Source: Candidatus Multivoradales bacterium (GTDB lineage: Bacteria; Acidobacteriota; Thermoanaerobaculia; Multivoradales; JAHEKO01). Taken from it: DNA of 64,000 bases. Under the pieces are notes generated by a model. That model saw nothing but the letters and a program-made list of their open reading frames with translations, was not told where the DNA came from and made no database searches. This document shows positions 9,210-18,914 of the stretch, one piece after another; the stretch's first letter is position 1; every line of letters starts with the position of its first letter. The stretch spans positions 1,248,001 through 1,312,000 of the forward strand of contig CBDCVR010000014.1 in NCBI GenBank assembly GCA_965223155.1, written 5' to 3'. Both the position numbers and the translations under genes were made by a program.

Positions 9210-11597
9210 CTAGTTGAGGTACCCCAGCGCCCGCAGCTCGTCGAGGGCCGCCTCATCCAGCTCGACTTCGGCGCGATCCGCGGCGAAACCCTTCGCCAGA
9301 CGAAGATTGGCGTTCTGGAGCCTGTGTGCCGCATCCAACATAGCCAGCGCTCTTGGATCGTCCGCACCCAGATCCCGGGTCTCACCTGGATCGACCGACA
9401 AATCGTAAAGCTCGACGCCGCGTCGGTTGGGAAGGATGAGCTTGAGCTCGTCACGAACGAGAGCGATCGCGCGCTCGAAGCCGTACCGGTCAAGCGCTCG
9501 CCCCTGGCTCAGGGTAAAGGCTGGGGGCGGACCCTGCCCGGCAAGAAACGGCAGGAGGGACCCGCCCTGCGCCTGGCGGAGTGGAGCCGAGCCCAGGAGA
9601 TCGAGAAGCGTCGGCCCGAGATCGATATGGCTCACGGGTTCCGAGACGCGGGCCCCTTCGGGCAGCACGGGAGCCCGCAGAATCAGCGGTACGTGGAGCA
9701 GCTCCTCGTAAAGCTGATTGTGCCGGAAGCGTCCATGTTCGCCGAACTCCTCACCGTGGTCGGCGGTGAGCGCAACTACCGCTCGCGGCACAAGCCGATC
9801 AACGGCCTCGAGCAGCCTCCCGACGTCCCGGTCGATTTCACGGATCTCGCCGTCGTAGAGGGCGCGAAGATCCGCCACGTCGGCTTCGGACTCCCGATCT
9901 ACCGAATTCCACTGAGCGTTCTTGAGTCGTTCATACTGACTGCGCCCTTCCACGTTGGCGGCCTCGATTTCGAGCTCGGCGCCGAAGAGCACGGACCCAG
10001 GTTCCTGAGTCCGAAACATCGCATCAAACGGCGGCCCGGGCATGTAGGGATCATGGACGTGGTAGGTGTGGACGAAGAGAAAGAACCGGCCGCCGGGACG
10101 GCTTTCCAGCCAGTGGATGGCCGCGTCGAACGACTCGCCCCGTGCGTTCTCGTAGCGGCCAAACCCCCGATCGAAGCCGAAGCGCTCCGAGACGTTGCCT
10201 CCGCCGTGGAAGGCCACGGTCTCGAAGCCCTGACGCTCCAGGCTCTGTGCAAGGGTTTCGATCTCCTGGGACGGCTGCTTGGAGGGCTCGTCGAATCGCG
10301 CGTTCTGGACGCCATGCACCGACGGATAGAGCGATGTAAAGAGAGCCATGTGGGAGTCGGCAGTCCGGTGGGACAGCGACCGGGCCGTCTCGAAAAGCAC
10401 CGCCCGTCGAGCAAACGCGTCGAGGTTCGGTGACGTCGGTAGCTCATACCCATAGGCGCCCAAGTGATCGGCACGGAGGGTATCGATCGAGATCAGAATC
10501 AAGCTGCAATCGTCGCAGCGAGCCAACGGCGGCGAAGCATCCGATCCGCAGCCGGTGGCGACAATCGCCGCTGCTAGGACCAACGCTCCACGCAACAGGC
10601 CGAGCATCCTGCGACCGATGTAGGAGCCGAGCGAGCCGCGACGGGTCCGGTTGGCGTAGAGACCCCGCATCAACCCCACCGGCGTGCTCGCGAGCCAGCC
10701 CAGCATGCGAAACGACGAACCCGCGACGGGTTCGGTCTGGTATCCGAGCTCCGCCATCCCCCGCCGGCATACGACCTGAGCTATCCCCTGCTCCGCCCGG
10801 GGCAGCTCCCGACGCCAGCGGTCGACCGAATCCCGAAAGATGCCGCCAGGCTTGTGAGAGAACGAACTGTTGCCGCCCTCAACATCCAGTTGGGCGGGCT
10901 CGAAGACCTCTCCGACAAAGTCCATCACCCGCCGTGCCGCCGTCTCCGGCTCACGCACCAGATCTTCGTACCGCACCGCGAGCGGACCGGACGAACCGGC
11001 CTTCCAGTCCTCTCGCCCGAGCCGGCCCACCGTGGCAGCCCAAAGAAGAGAGGTCACGACGGGATGGTAGATGGCGCGCAACCGCGCCTGGTTCTCCGCG
11101 GAGCCACCACGCTTCCACTTGCAGCGGTAGGAGGCCAGGTACCCGCGCGGATCACGTACCGTGACGACAAACCGAGCATCGGGAAAGAGCGCCGCAATCT
11201 GATCCAGCCGAAAGACGTCTTTGGGCATGTGACAGCACCATCGCCGCTTGCCCGCCGCATCCGCCTGCTCGCCGAGGAACGCGGCCAGAAGCTCCGCATA
11301 GCTCGAGCTCCGGTCCAGCCGCGACCGGCGCTCGGGCTCGGCAAAGATCCGATCGCACTTGTGCTGGGCCTCCGCGAATCCGGTTCGGCCGTAGAGTGTC
11401 AGCAGGCGCTCGACCGCCTTAGCTCGAGCGTCGGGCAGACGCAGATCGCCGAGCTCACGCCGCCGGCTGTAAACATCCTCGAAGAAATGGCACTCTCCGC
11501 CGTAGAAGATCCGCGAGTGTCCTCCCAAGATACGAGAGAGCAGGGTCGAGCCCGAACGCGCCAAGCCGACGACGAAGACGGCGCCCTCTCGGCTCAA
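9210..11597 (-). CDS. Fused sulfotransferase + sulfatase-like hydrolase
   Basis: N-half: VFVVGLARSGSTLL (PAPS loop), VRDPR, VRYEDLVREP. C-half: LISIDTLRADHLGAYGY, HTYHVHDPY, YDGEI, TADHGEEFGEHG, ELYDLSVDPGE. The TTG start at 11597 overlaps the upstream stop (TTGA). Confidence 0.8.
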   Translation of the reverse strand: MSREGAVFVVGLARSGSTLLSRILGGHSRIFYGGECHFFEDVYSRRRELGDLRLPDARAKAVERLLTLYGRTGFAEAQHKCDRIFAEPERRSRLDRSSSYAELLAAFLGEQADAAGKRRWCCHMPKDVFRLDQIAALFPDARFVVTVRDPRGYLASYRCKWKRGGSAENQARLRAIYHPVVTSLLWAATVGRLGREDWKAGSSGPLAVRYEDLVREPETAARRVMDFVGEVFEPAQLDVEGGNSSFSHKPGGIFRDSVDRWRRELPRAEQGIAQVVCRRGMAELGYQTEPVAGSSFRMLGWLASTPVGLMRGLYANRTRRGSLGSYIGRRMLGLLRGALVLAAAIVATGCGSDASPPLARCDDCSLILISIDTLRADHLGAYGYELPTSPNLDAFARRAVLFETARSLSHRTADSHMALFTSLYPSVHGVQNARFDEPSKQPSQEIETLAQSLERQGFETVAFHGGGNVSERFGFDRGFGRYENARGESFDAAIHWLESRPGGRFFLFVHTYHVHDPYMPGPPFDAMFRTQEPGSVLFGAELEIEAANVEGRSQYERLKNAQWNSVDRESEADVADLRALYDGEIREIDRDVGRLLEAVDRLVPRAVVALTADHGEEFGEHGRFRHNQLYEELLHVPLILRAPVLPEGARVSEPVSHIDLGPTLLDLLGSAPLRQAQGGSLLPFLAGQGPPPAFTLSQGRALDRYGFERAIALVRDELKLILPNRRGVELYDLSVDPGETRDLGADDPRALAMLDAAHRLQNANLRLAKGFAADRAEVELDEAALDELRALGYLN

Positions 11598-12838
11598 GCC
11601 CGGCCACCCTGGTGCCGCTTTTCGAGCGGAGAAACTGCGCCCTCGAAGACATGGTCGTACGCGGCGGCGAGCGCGGGCTTCGAATGCTCCCACAGCAGTC
11701 CCGACCGCACCCGGCGCCTCGAGCCCGCCGCCATTCGAGCTCGTCGCTCAGGATCCCCTAGCAGCTCTTCGATGGCATCGGCCATCCGTTCTTCCGAGTT
11801 GGGCTCTACGTAGACCGCGCCCTCATCCGCCGACACTCGATGTTCGGTCAGATCGAAGCAGACGATCGGACAGCCGAACACCATGTAGTCGAGAATCTTG
11901 TTCATCGTCGATCGGTCCGACCACTCCGTCTTTGGGTCGGGATCGATCCCCAGGTCGGCCGTGGCCAGGTGCCGGGCCACATCACGATCTGGCAAGAAAC
12001 CCGGAAACCAGCAGGATTCCGCGATTCCGAGCTCGCCGGCCAGCCTCTTGAGAGCGGGCTGCTCCGGCCCCTCTCCGATCAAGGTGAACTGAATATCCAG
12101 CCGTCCCCGATCGGCTACCAGAATCCGAATCGCCCGCATCAAGTAGTCGACGCCGTCTTGCTCGCACATCTTTCCGAGGTAGACGCACAGGTATGCCCGC
12201 CCTCGTCGCAGCTCCGGCTCAGGCTCGGCTTCGACGATGCGCTCCCGGTCCGGCCCTGAGCGAACCACAAAGACGTCTGCCGGGCGCCGGCGTCCCCGAC
12301 CGCACGCAATCTCCTTGTACGACTCGTTGGTCGCCAACACCGTGTTCGCGGTCGCGAACGTTCTTCGCTCGAGCCAGCTCAGCCCGCGCAGCAGCACTCC
12401 TCGATCCCGCCCGTACTTGGCTCGGTACATCTCCGGCGACAGATCGTGGTGATCGAAGACGAACCGGACTCCGAACGGTCGCCACAAGAGCGCTAACAGC
12501 CAATAGGTCTCAGGCGGATTGCAAGCGTGAATCACGCGAAAGCCACGGCCCGTCAGCCGCACCCAAACCGACAGTGCCAACGCCCAGAGCCAGCACCAGG
12601 CGAACTCAAACACGTACCCCGGTGCGCCTCGTGCCTCAAGCGGCATCGGATAGCGGCGTACGTGGACACCATCGAGATCCTCGAACCAACGTCGGTGGCG
12701 AGAGTCCTTGGGACAGATGACCGTCACAGGATGCCCGAAGTCACGGAGCGTCCTGGCGATCGACCAGCTCCTGCGGTCGTAAGGTACGGGCAGGTCCTGG
12801 ACGATGATCAGGACGGACCGCTCAGAGGCTCGGGACAT
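11594..12838 (-). CDS. Glycosyltransferase family 4
   Basis: DLPVPYDRR, IHACNPPE, FDHHDLSPE, VVRSGPD, YLGKMCEQDGVD, STMNKILDYM. Confidence 0.85.
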   Translation of the reverse strand: MSRASERSVLIIVQDLPVPYDRRSWSIARTLRDFGHPVTVICPKDSRHRRWFEDLDGVHVRRYPMPLEARGAPGYVFEFAWCWLWALALSVWVRLTGRGFRVIHACNPPETYWLLALLWRPFGVRFVFDHHDLSPEMYRAKYGRDRGVLLRGLSWLERRTFATANTVLATNESYKEIACGRGRRRPADVFVVRSGPDRERIVEAEPEPELRRGRAYLCVYLGKMCEQDGVDYLMRAIRILVADRGRLDIQFTLIGEGPEQPALKRLAGELGIAESCWFPGFLPDRDVARHLATADLGIDPDPKTEWSDRSTMNKILDYMVFGCPIVCFDLTEHRVSADEGAVYVEPNSEERMADAIEELLGDPERRARMAAGSRRRVRSGLLWEHSKPALAAAYDHVFEGAVSPLEKRHQGGRA

Positions 12839-14192
12839 CGCTGGCCGTCTTTCGATACGCGGTCGGCAAACCGCCCTCGCGAGTCTTGCCGAAGGCCGAA
12901 CGGGCCAACTCCGCAGCCAGATCCACGACTCGAAACTTCCCGGCCGCCTGCGTGAGCCGAGCATCGGACGGGTCGGAACAAACCACGACCCGGCTACGGG
13001 CCAATACCTCCTCGACGCTCGTCCACAGACCGACTTGGTGGGACGGCAGACGGGACTGCGCCATCCAGTCTCGAATCTCTGCGAGTCGATCGCGTCGAAA
13101 GTTCTCGTCATACAGATGGACGGCGAAGCCCTGTTCAACGAGGGCTCGGGTCATCGCCAGAACCGGACTTTGACGGAACTCGTCCGTGCCCGGTTTGAAG
13201 GCAACGCTCAGAAACCCGATTGCGCCCGAGCCCTCGTCTCGAGCCGCCTCCGCGAGCAGAGCCACCGCCCGCTCGAGCTGCTCCGTGTTGGAAGCGGCCA
13301 CGTTCTCGAGCACCGGCAGCACAACGCCCCCGTACCGAGCCAGCGTCCGCAACGCCTCGAGATCCTTGGGCAAGCAGGAGCCGCCGTACGGCAGGCCCGG
13401 CTCCAGATAGGCCTTCGACGTATTGAGCCGCCGGTCCCGGGCCAACTCCTCCATGACCCGGCGGCCGTCGACATCCAGCTTCCGTGCCAATCGACCGATC
13501 TCATTGGCGAAAGCCACCTTCGTCGCGTGCCAGGCGTTGGTCGCGTACTTGAGGAGCTCGGCCTCGTCCGGCGCCAGGAGAACGATCGAGCCCGCCTGCA
13601 GCTCGTAGAGCCAGCGAAGCTCGTGGAGGAGCTTCTTTTCCTCGGCGCCCACAACGAGAACGGCCGGCTCGTCGAAATCCCGAACCGCCGAACCCACCCG
13701 TGAGAACTCGGGATGACAGCCGACCCACAGTCGATCCCTGGCATGTTCGTCGGCGATCTCACGCATTCGAGAGGCCAATCGGCGGGTCGTCCCCGGAGGA
13801 ACGGTGCTGCGAATCAAGACCGTATGAGAGCACGCTCCGGTGAGGGCGAGGGCAATCTCGTCGCAGACCGACTCGACTGCGGCCAGATCGAGCTCCCCAC
13901 CGGCTTGCCCCGGCGTTCCTACGCAAACGAGAGTGAGCCGGCTCGCCCGCACCGCCCGCTCGAGGGTCATGGTCAGCGTCATGCGACCCGAGGAGATCGC
14001 CTGCTCGAGCCTCGGCGCCAGAGATGGCTCGTTGATGGTCGATACACCCGCAGCGATTCGCTCGCGCTTCACCGCATCGGCCTCGACCCCCAACACGCGG
14101 CGGCCACGAGCCGCCAGGCAAGTAGCTGTCACCAGCCCGACGTGCCCTAAGCCAACAACGGTAATGGCTTCTTGTGAGGTAGTGCTACTCAC
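12822..14192 (-). CDS. GDP-mannose/UDP-glucose 6-dehydrogenase family
   Basis: VVGLGHVG, VCVGTP, RSTVPPGT, PEF, KYATNAWHATKVAFANEIG, GGSCLPKD, FKPGTDEFRQSP. Confidence 0.9.
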   Translation of the reverse strand: MSSTTSQEAITVVGLGHVGLVTATCLAARGRRVLGVEADAVKRERIAAGVSTINEPSLAPRLEQAISSGRMTLTMTLERAVRASRLTLVCVGTPGQAGGELDLAAVESVCDEIALALTGACSHTVLIRSTVPPGTTRRLASRMREIADEHARDRLWVGCHPEFSRVGSAVRDFDEPAVLVVGAEEKKLLHELRWLYELQAGSIVLLAPDEAELLKYATNAWHATKVAFANEIGRLARKLDVDGRRVMEELARDRRLNTSKAYLEPGLPYGGSCLPKDLEALRTLARYGGVVLPVLENVAASNTEQLERAVALLAEAARDEGSGAIGFLSVAFKPGTDEFRQSPVLAMTRALVEQGFAVHLYDENFRRDRLAEIRDWMAQSRLPSHQVGLWTSVEEVLARSRVVVCSDPSDARLTQAAGKFRVVDLAAELARSAFGKTREGGLPTAYRKTASDVPSL

Positions 14193-16180
14193 GGAGCTCG
14201 ATGCTGGCTCAGAGGGGGGACCGGCAGGGCCGGAACGACCGAAGATCGCAGCACAATATCACTGGCAATGCACCGTCTTCCCACCAGGGTCGTGGTGTGC
14301 TCGAGCACGCCAAAGCCCGGGGAAACCCAGCCGCGGCAGGGATCGGTCGTGGCGCGGTACTCCCGTACCTCCAAAGATGGATCGAGCTCCAAGACACAGG
14401 ATACGGCTCCCGACTCGAGCCTGTAGGCGGACCGGGCCAGCCTCCGCAATCGGCAGCCCGAGCCCAGGTGAAAAAAGAGCTCGACCTCGTGCCGATGCGT
14501 GGTGTCGAGATGGTCCTCGATCACGAGACACAGCGGATCGTCCTGAAGCTCGACCCGTCGCCGCCAGATGACGGGTGAAGCCAGTCCCTCGTAGGCAAGC
14601 CTTCCCTCGACGAAGAAGGCATCACTCCCGCTTCCCGAGCCGCCTGAGCGCGCGCTCACCTTCGGCGCCGCACGCCATAGAAATCGTCCCGTCATTCGGG
14701 CCTGATCGATCCCGTCGATCCGGAGCGTATTGTGCGCGGCCGCGCTACGAAAGTAGTCGCGCCATTCCGGTTCGCAGAAATAGCCGTAGGTTCCGGTATC
14801 GACGAGAAATCTCTCGCCCCCAAAGCCCAGGGTCACACTCAGCTGATCCGCATGAGCGTGCGCCCAGGTCGGGCCGAGGCCGAAGGAGCCGGCCCTGACC
14901 GTGGTCAGGAGCTCCGTATTCGATCCTCGGTTGGCCGCAAACACGTAGAGGCCGCCATCGGGAAACGCCGTCAGCCCATCGCGCGCGGACCCGGTCGGCG
15001 CAATCGGCAGGGAAGCGGCCGTCCCCCAGGTCAGGAGTGTTCGCCGTGGTGACGGAGCGCGTCCTGCCTTCCGATCCGTTTCCACCGGCGGATGAAGCGC
15101 TGCCAGGCGCGCCGACGGGCCGTCGGCGAGCTTCAAGACGCCACTGCCGTCGCCATCGCCATAGTGCGCCATCGCGCCCGCTCGATCCGAGATCGCCACC
15201 AGCACGTCCAGCGCTCTGGCAAGTCGCCTCCAGTAGCCGTCCGGAAACGGGTCCTCGGCGGCCTCGCCCAGCGAGGCCGCTAGCACTCCCAACTCGAGGA
15301 CGAAGAGCTGGTATTCACTGGCTTGCTCCCGAAGAACGCCGTCGGGATGAATCTGCTCCAGGACAGCTCGCGATAGAGCAACCTTGGCCCGTTCGGACCA
15401 AGCACGGCTCTCGGGCCAGCAGGGCCAGCGGCGGGCCGCCAGGTAGAGCCCCGTCATCTCACCGATCAGATGGTTGTTGGCCGACGAACCGTGCGAATGT
15501 TGCCGGGCCACGACGAGCTGGTGCTGGTAGAGGGAAACGGCCAGTGACTCTCGAACGAAGTCAGTCCACCACGGAAAGTCCTCCAGAATCGCATCGACCA
15601 TGACCCAGGTGACGAGGCGAAGCGCCAACTCCAACGGGCTCTTCCAGTTGACGCCTTGCAGAAACGGATTCTGAGCTTGCCAGTCTCGACAGTGCCTGAT
15701 CAGCGCCCGGGCAAAGCGCTCATCACCGGTCCAGCGCGCGGCGAGTGCGAGCGGAACAAGATGTTGCATCCGGCTGAGCTCCCAGACGTAGCGGACGTCT
15801 CCGACCCGCTGCGGATTGCGGTGATCCAGAAAACCACAGAAGACTCGCGGGCTGCCCCGGCCCGTCCGCGGATCCCGCCGCCAGGCTTCCTCGCCATCAA
15901 GGGCAATTCCGTCGAGCTCGAAGACCGTGCCTCGATCCGCCGCCCAAACGCGAGCGACTTCAACGATTGCCTTCCTCTCGCTTTCCGCAATGAGCTCGAG
16001 AGCTCTAGCCAGGTCGATCCCAGGAGCCCGCTGCAACTCCTCCTGCTGAACAGCTCCTCCAGCGTGGCGCCGAATCGAGGCTCGACGAAGCCGGAGCCAG
16101 GCGAGGTCGCCGACACAGACCAAACGGCGGCCGATCTCCGGCGCACTCATCGCCCGCAGTCTTCGGAGCAGCCAACTCAT
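14189..16180 (-). CDS. Heparinase II/III family protein
   Basis: DVRYVWELSRMQHL, SSANNHLIGE, EQASEYQ, HAHADQLS, DTGTYGY, YFRSAAAHNT; ATGA overlap with the upstream gene. Confidence 0.85.
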   Translation of the reverse strand: MSWLLRRLRAMSAPEIGRRLVCVGDLAWLRLRRASIRRHAGGAVQQEELQRAPGIDLARALELIAESERKAIVEVARVWAADRGTVFELDGIALDGEEAWRRDPRTGRGSPRVFCGFLDHRNPQRVGDVRYVWELSRMQHLVPLALAARWTGDERFARALIRHCRDWQAQNPFLQGVNWKSPLELALRLVTWVMVDAILEDFPWWTDFVRESLAVSLYQHQLVVARQHSHGSSANNHLIGEMTGLYLAARRWPCWPESRAWSERAKVALSRAVLEQIHPDGVLREQASEYQLFVLELGVLAASLGEAAEDPFPDGYWRRLARALDVLVAISDRAGAMAHYGDGDGSGVLKLADGPSARLAALHPPVETDRKAGRAPSPRRTLLTWGTAASLPIAPTGSARDGLTAFPDGGLYVFAANRGSNTELLTTVRAGSFGLGPTWAHAHADQLSVTLGFGGERFLVDTGTYGYFCEPEWRDYFRSAAAHNTLRIDGIDQARMTGRFLWRAAPKVSARSGGSGSGSDAFFVEGRLAYEGLASPVIWRRRVELQDDPLCLVIEDHLDTTHRHEVELFFHLGSGCRLRRLARSAYRLESGAVSCVLELDPSLEVREYRATTDPCRGWVSPGFGVLEHTTTLVGRRCIASDIVLRSSVVPALPVPPLSQHRAP

Positions 16181-17385
16181 CGCACAGGCACCTGCTCCGA
16201 TCGTCCGAGCAGGTCTTCGACGGCACCAACAAAGGCCGCGGCCGTGCTCTCGATCCGAAGATGGCGAATCGAGGGCCAAGCGTCACGGCGCAGCCGCTGT
16301 CTGCGGCCCGGGTCCTTCAGGAGCTCGTCGATCGCGCCCGCATACTCGGCCGGAGAGGCGCCGCGCCGGCAGACCAGAGCGTTGGACTCGTCGAGGTAGC
16401 CAAACTCCGGGTTCTGGTCTCCGTGATCGACGACCGCCGGCGTCAACCCGTAACAGAGCGCTTGCAGGGCCCCAAAGCCCACAGGACCCGGAAAGACGAA
16501 CAGGTCACTCAGGACCATCCAGCTCGCCAGCTCGTCATCGTCAATCTCGCCCTGGTAGGTCACCCGCTCTTCGCCCAGGACGGCGCGCGCTTGGTCGACG
16601 TAGCCTCGGTCACCCGCGCCCACTACGACAAGATGCGCGTTCGAGCCTCGCACGACGAGCTCGGAGACAGCTTCGACCAAGTAGTCCCAGCGGCGCGTCC
16701 GGGTCAAGCGTCCGGCAAAGAGCAAGACACTTTGCCCGGCTAGGCCGCGCTTCGTTCTGAGGCGCTCTCGCTGCTCTGACCAATCCTGATGTCGGCGTCG
16801 ATGCTCGGCCAAATCGATGGTGTTGGCGACCGTGTAGACCCGATCCTCTGGGTAGCCGCGAGCAATCAAACTCGCTCGGACACCTTCGGAGTAGGCGAGG
16901 TACCCATCCGCCCGGATCGACAGGGCTGACTTGATGCGTTCTCGAGCTCGCTCCTGGCTCCATCGAGGAAGCCGGTTTGGATCGCGCCCCTTGCCCCAAA
17001 CCGCGATGCGCGGCCCCCCCAGAGCGCGCCGCACATGGGTCAACAAGCTAGCCAGATGCCCGAGATGGTCACCCACGATGACAAGATCGTAGGCTCCCAG
17101 GTGGCAGCCATAGTCCTGGAGCACCGGGCTTCCACCGCTCCTACCAAATACCCTTGTTGTGGTCTTCCGGACGGAGAAGCCGGCGGATGCCTCCGCCCAA
17201 TCCCGGTAGAGCAGACGGCGGCGTTGCCCGGGATCGTGAACCACCTCAAAGCGCCACCAACTCGGACGTTGATCCTCCACCTCCTGATACAACGGCACTC
17301 GGTAGTGAGGAATGACCGGGTCCTTCGCGACTAGAACCCGGCAGGGCAACGCAGCGGACGCGGAGATGGGCCGAGGTATGGACAA
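16177..17385 (-). CDS. Glycosyltransferase family 4
   Basis: IPHYRVPLY, VANTID, LLFAGRL, LVVVGAG, SDLFVFPGPVGFGALQALCYG. Start uncertain. Confidence 0.75.
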   Translation of the reverse strand: MSIPRPISASAALPCRVLVAKDPVIPHYRVPLYQEVEDQRPSWWRFEVVHDPGQRRRLLYRDWAEASAGFSVRKTTTRVFGRSGGSPVLQDYGCHLGAYDLVIVGDHLGHLASLLTHVRRALGGPRIAVWGKGRDPNRLPRWSQERARERIKSALSIRADGYLAYSEGVRASLIARGYPEDRVYTVANTIDLAEHRRRHQDWSEQRERLRTKRGLAGQSVLLFAGRLTRTRRWDYLVEAVSELVVRGSNAHLVVVGAGDRGYVDQARAVLGEERVTYQGEIDDDELASWMVLSDLFVFPGPVGFGALQALCYGLTPAVVDHGDQNPEFGYLDESNALVCRRGASPAEYAGAIDELLKDPGRRQRLRRDAWPSIRHLRIESTAAAFVGAVEDLLGRSEQVPVR

Positions 17386-17423
17386 CGCTCGATATGATCC
17401 TTGATCGACCCGCGGGAGTAAAG

Positions 17424-18914
17424 GTGACGGAATCTCCGATTCGGACAGCGGCTTGCGCTGCCTCTTGGCTCGTCCTTGGTGTCTATTCGGTGGCGCTGTT
17501 CTGGAATCTGGGCGACGGTCATCTGTCTCACTGGGACGCGAGCCTAACCGCCGAGCGGTCACGAGAGATGCTTCTGACCGGCGACTTCTGGACGGTCCAT
17601 CTCAACTTCGAACCGAACTTCCGCAAGCCTCCGTTGCACTATATCCAAACCGCCGTAACACTTCAGGTACTCCCGGACCCGGAACTCGCCGTCCGGTTCT
17701 GGTCAGCCGCTTACGCCGTCGGTTGTTTCGTTCTCGTGGCCGTCTTGGCGCGCGGGCTTATCCGCTCGAATCCGTGGGCCGTGCCTGTCACTTGGGCCTT
17801 CCTGAGCTTCGCATTCTTCTTCTTTCACAATTCGCGGCTGGCGCTTCTCGACTCGGGTGCCACGTTCTTCCTCCTCCTCACCGTCCTGGGCGTCCATCGA
17901 CTGCGGAGCTATCGGTCGGGCTGGTGGCCGCTGGCGCTCGGCATCGTGCTCGGCTCTCTGCACAAGGCGCCGCTCGGAATCGTGTACCTGGTGGGAGCGA
18001 TGCTCGTCGACGCCCCGCTTCGGAAGCGGCTGAGCCGAAGGGGCTCTAGGCACAGGCTTGGTGCGATTCTCGTGGCTTCGGCCCTCTGGCCTGCGAGCCA
18101 GTGCGCTCTCTTTGGCAGACGTTTCGTGGCACAAGGGCTCCCTGGAGAGTGGAGTTCAGCCCCGGGGATCAAGCCGTTGGACACATTGCTCTCCGCCGGA
18201 ACTGAGGCCTACGAGCCCCTGATCCGAGGCTGGGGGGTCATCGGAATCGCCGGGCTTGCCGCCCTGGCTGCCTGCATTCTGGCAGCTCCCCTCCGGCGCC
18301 ATCTGAGCCGCGAGCCGACCGCTCGGGCCCTGGCCGTTTTCATCGCCGGGTATCTCGCACTGCTACCGTTCCTCGACCAACAGTCGCAGCGCTACATGCT
18401 GCCGGTCGCCCCCTGCCTCGCCATCATCCTCGTCTTGACCCTGGACCGCGTCGTCGGTAGCCGACCGCGGAGATTTCTGGCCGTGGCGGGCCTTCTCGTC
18501 GCGCTCTCCACACCCGAACTTCTCCGATTTGCAGGCAATCAGCACCTGGATCGATCGGCTCAAGTAGCGCTCGCCAAGCGACTTTCGCAAGACCTCAATC
18601 CATCGGACGCCGTCTTCCACATCGTTGCTCCGGACGACGCCTCGTTTCGTCCCCACCTTCTTCTTTTCTACGGCGACCTCGAGCGGCGAGTCTATTCGCC
18701 CTGGTGGGAGGCCGGTGGCTGGCCGCCGGCAACGCGTTTTCGCGGCAAGACTGTTCGCGGCATTACCCACCGGAACCACGTGCACCGGCTGGAGACCTGC
18801 TTTCGAAGTGTGCGCAGGTTGCGCCACGAGGGCGAGTACCAACTCTTCGCGGCGGACGCCTATCTGGGTTGTGCGCCTGCGCAAGCCAGCTCGGCACATC
18901 GGACGGCGATGTGA
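17424..18914 (+). CDS. ArnT/PMT-like (GT-C) membrane glycosyltransferase
   Basis: WDASLTAERSREML..GDF..FRKPPL, AVRFWSA, SRLALLD, multiple TM helices. Start uncertain. Confidence 0.75.
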   Translation: MTESPIRTAACAASWLVLGVYSVALFWNLGDGHLSHWDASLTAERSREMLLTGDFWTVHLNFEPNFRKPPLHYIQTAVTLQVLPDPELAVRFWSAAYAVGCFVLVAVLARGLIRSNPWAVPVTWAFLSFAFFFFHNSRLALLDSGATFFLLLTVLGVHRLRSYRSGWWPLALGIVLGSLHKAPLGIVYLVGAMLVDAPLRKRLSRRGSRHRLGAILVASALWPASQCALFGRRFVAQGLPGEWSSAPGIKPLDTLLSAGTEAYEPLIRGWGVIGIAGLAALAACILAAPLRRHLSREPTARALAVFIAGYLALLPFLDQQSQRYMLPVAPCLAIILVLTLDRVVGSRPRRFLAVAGLLVALSTPELLRFAGNQHLDRSAQVALAKRLSQDLNPSDAVFHIVAPDDASFRPHLLLFYGDLERRVYSPWWEAGGWPPATRFRGKTVRGITHRNHVHRLETCFRSVRRLRHEGEYQLFAADAYLGCAPAQASSAHRTAM

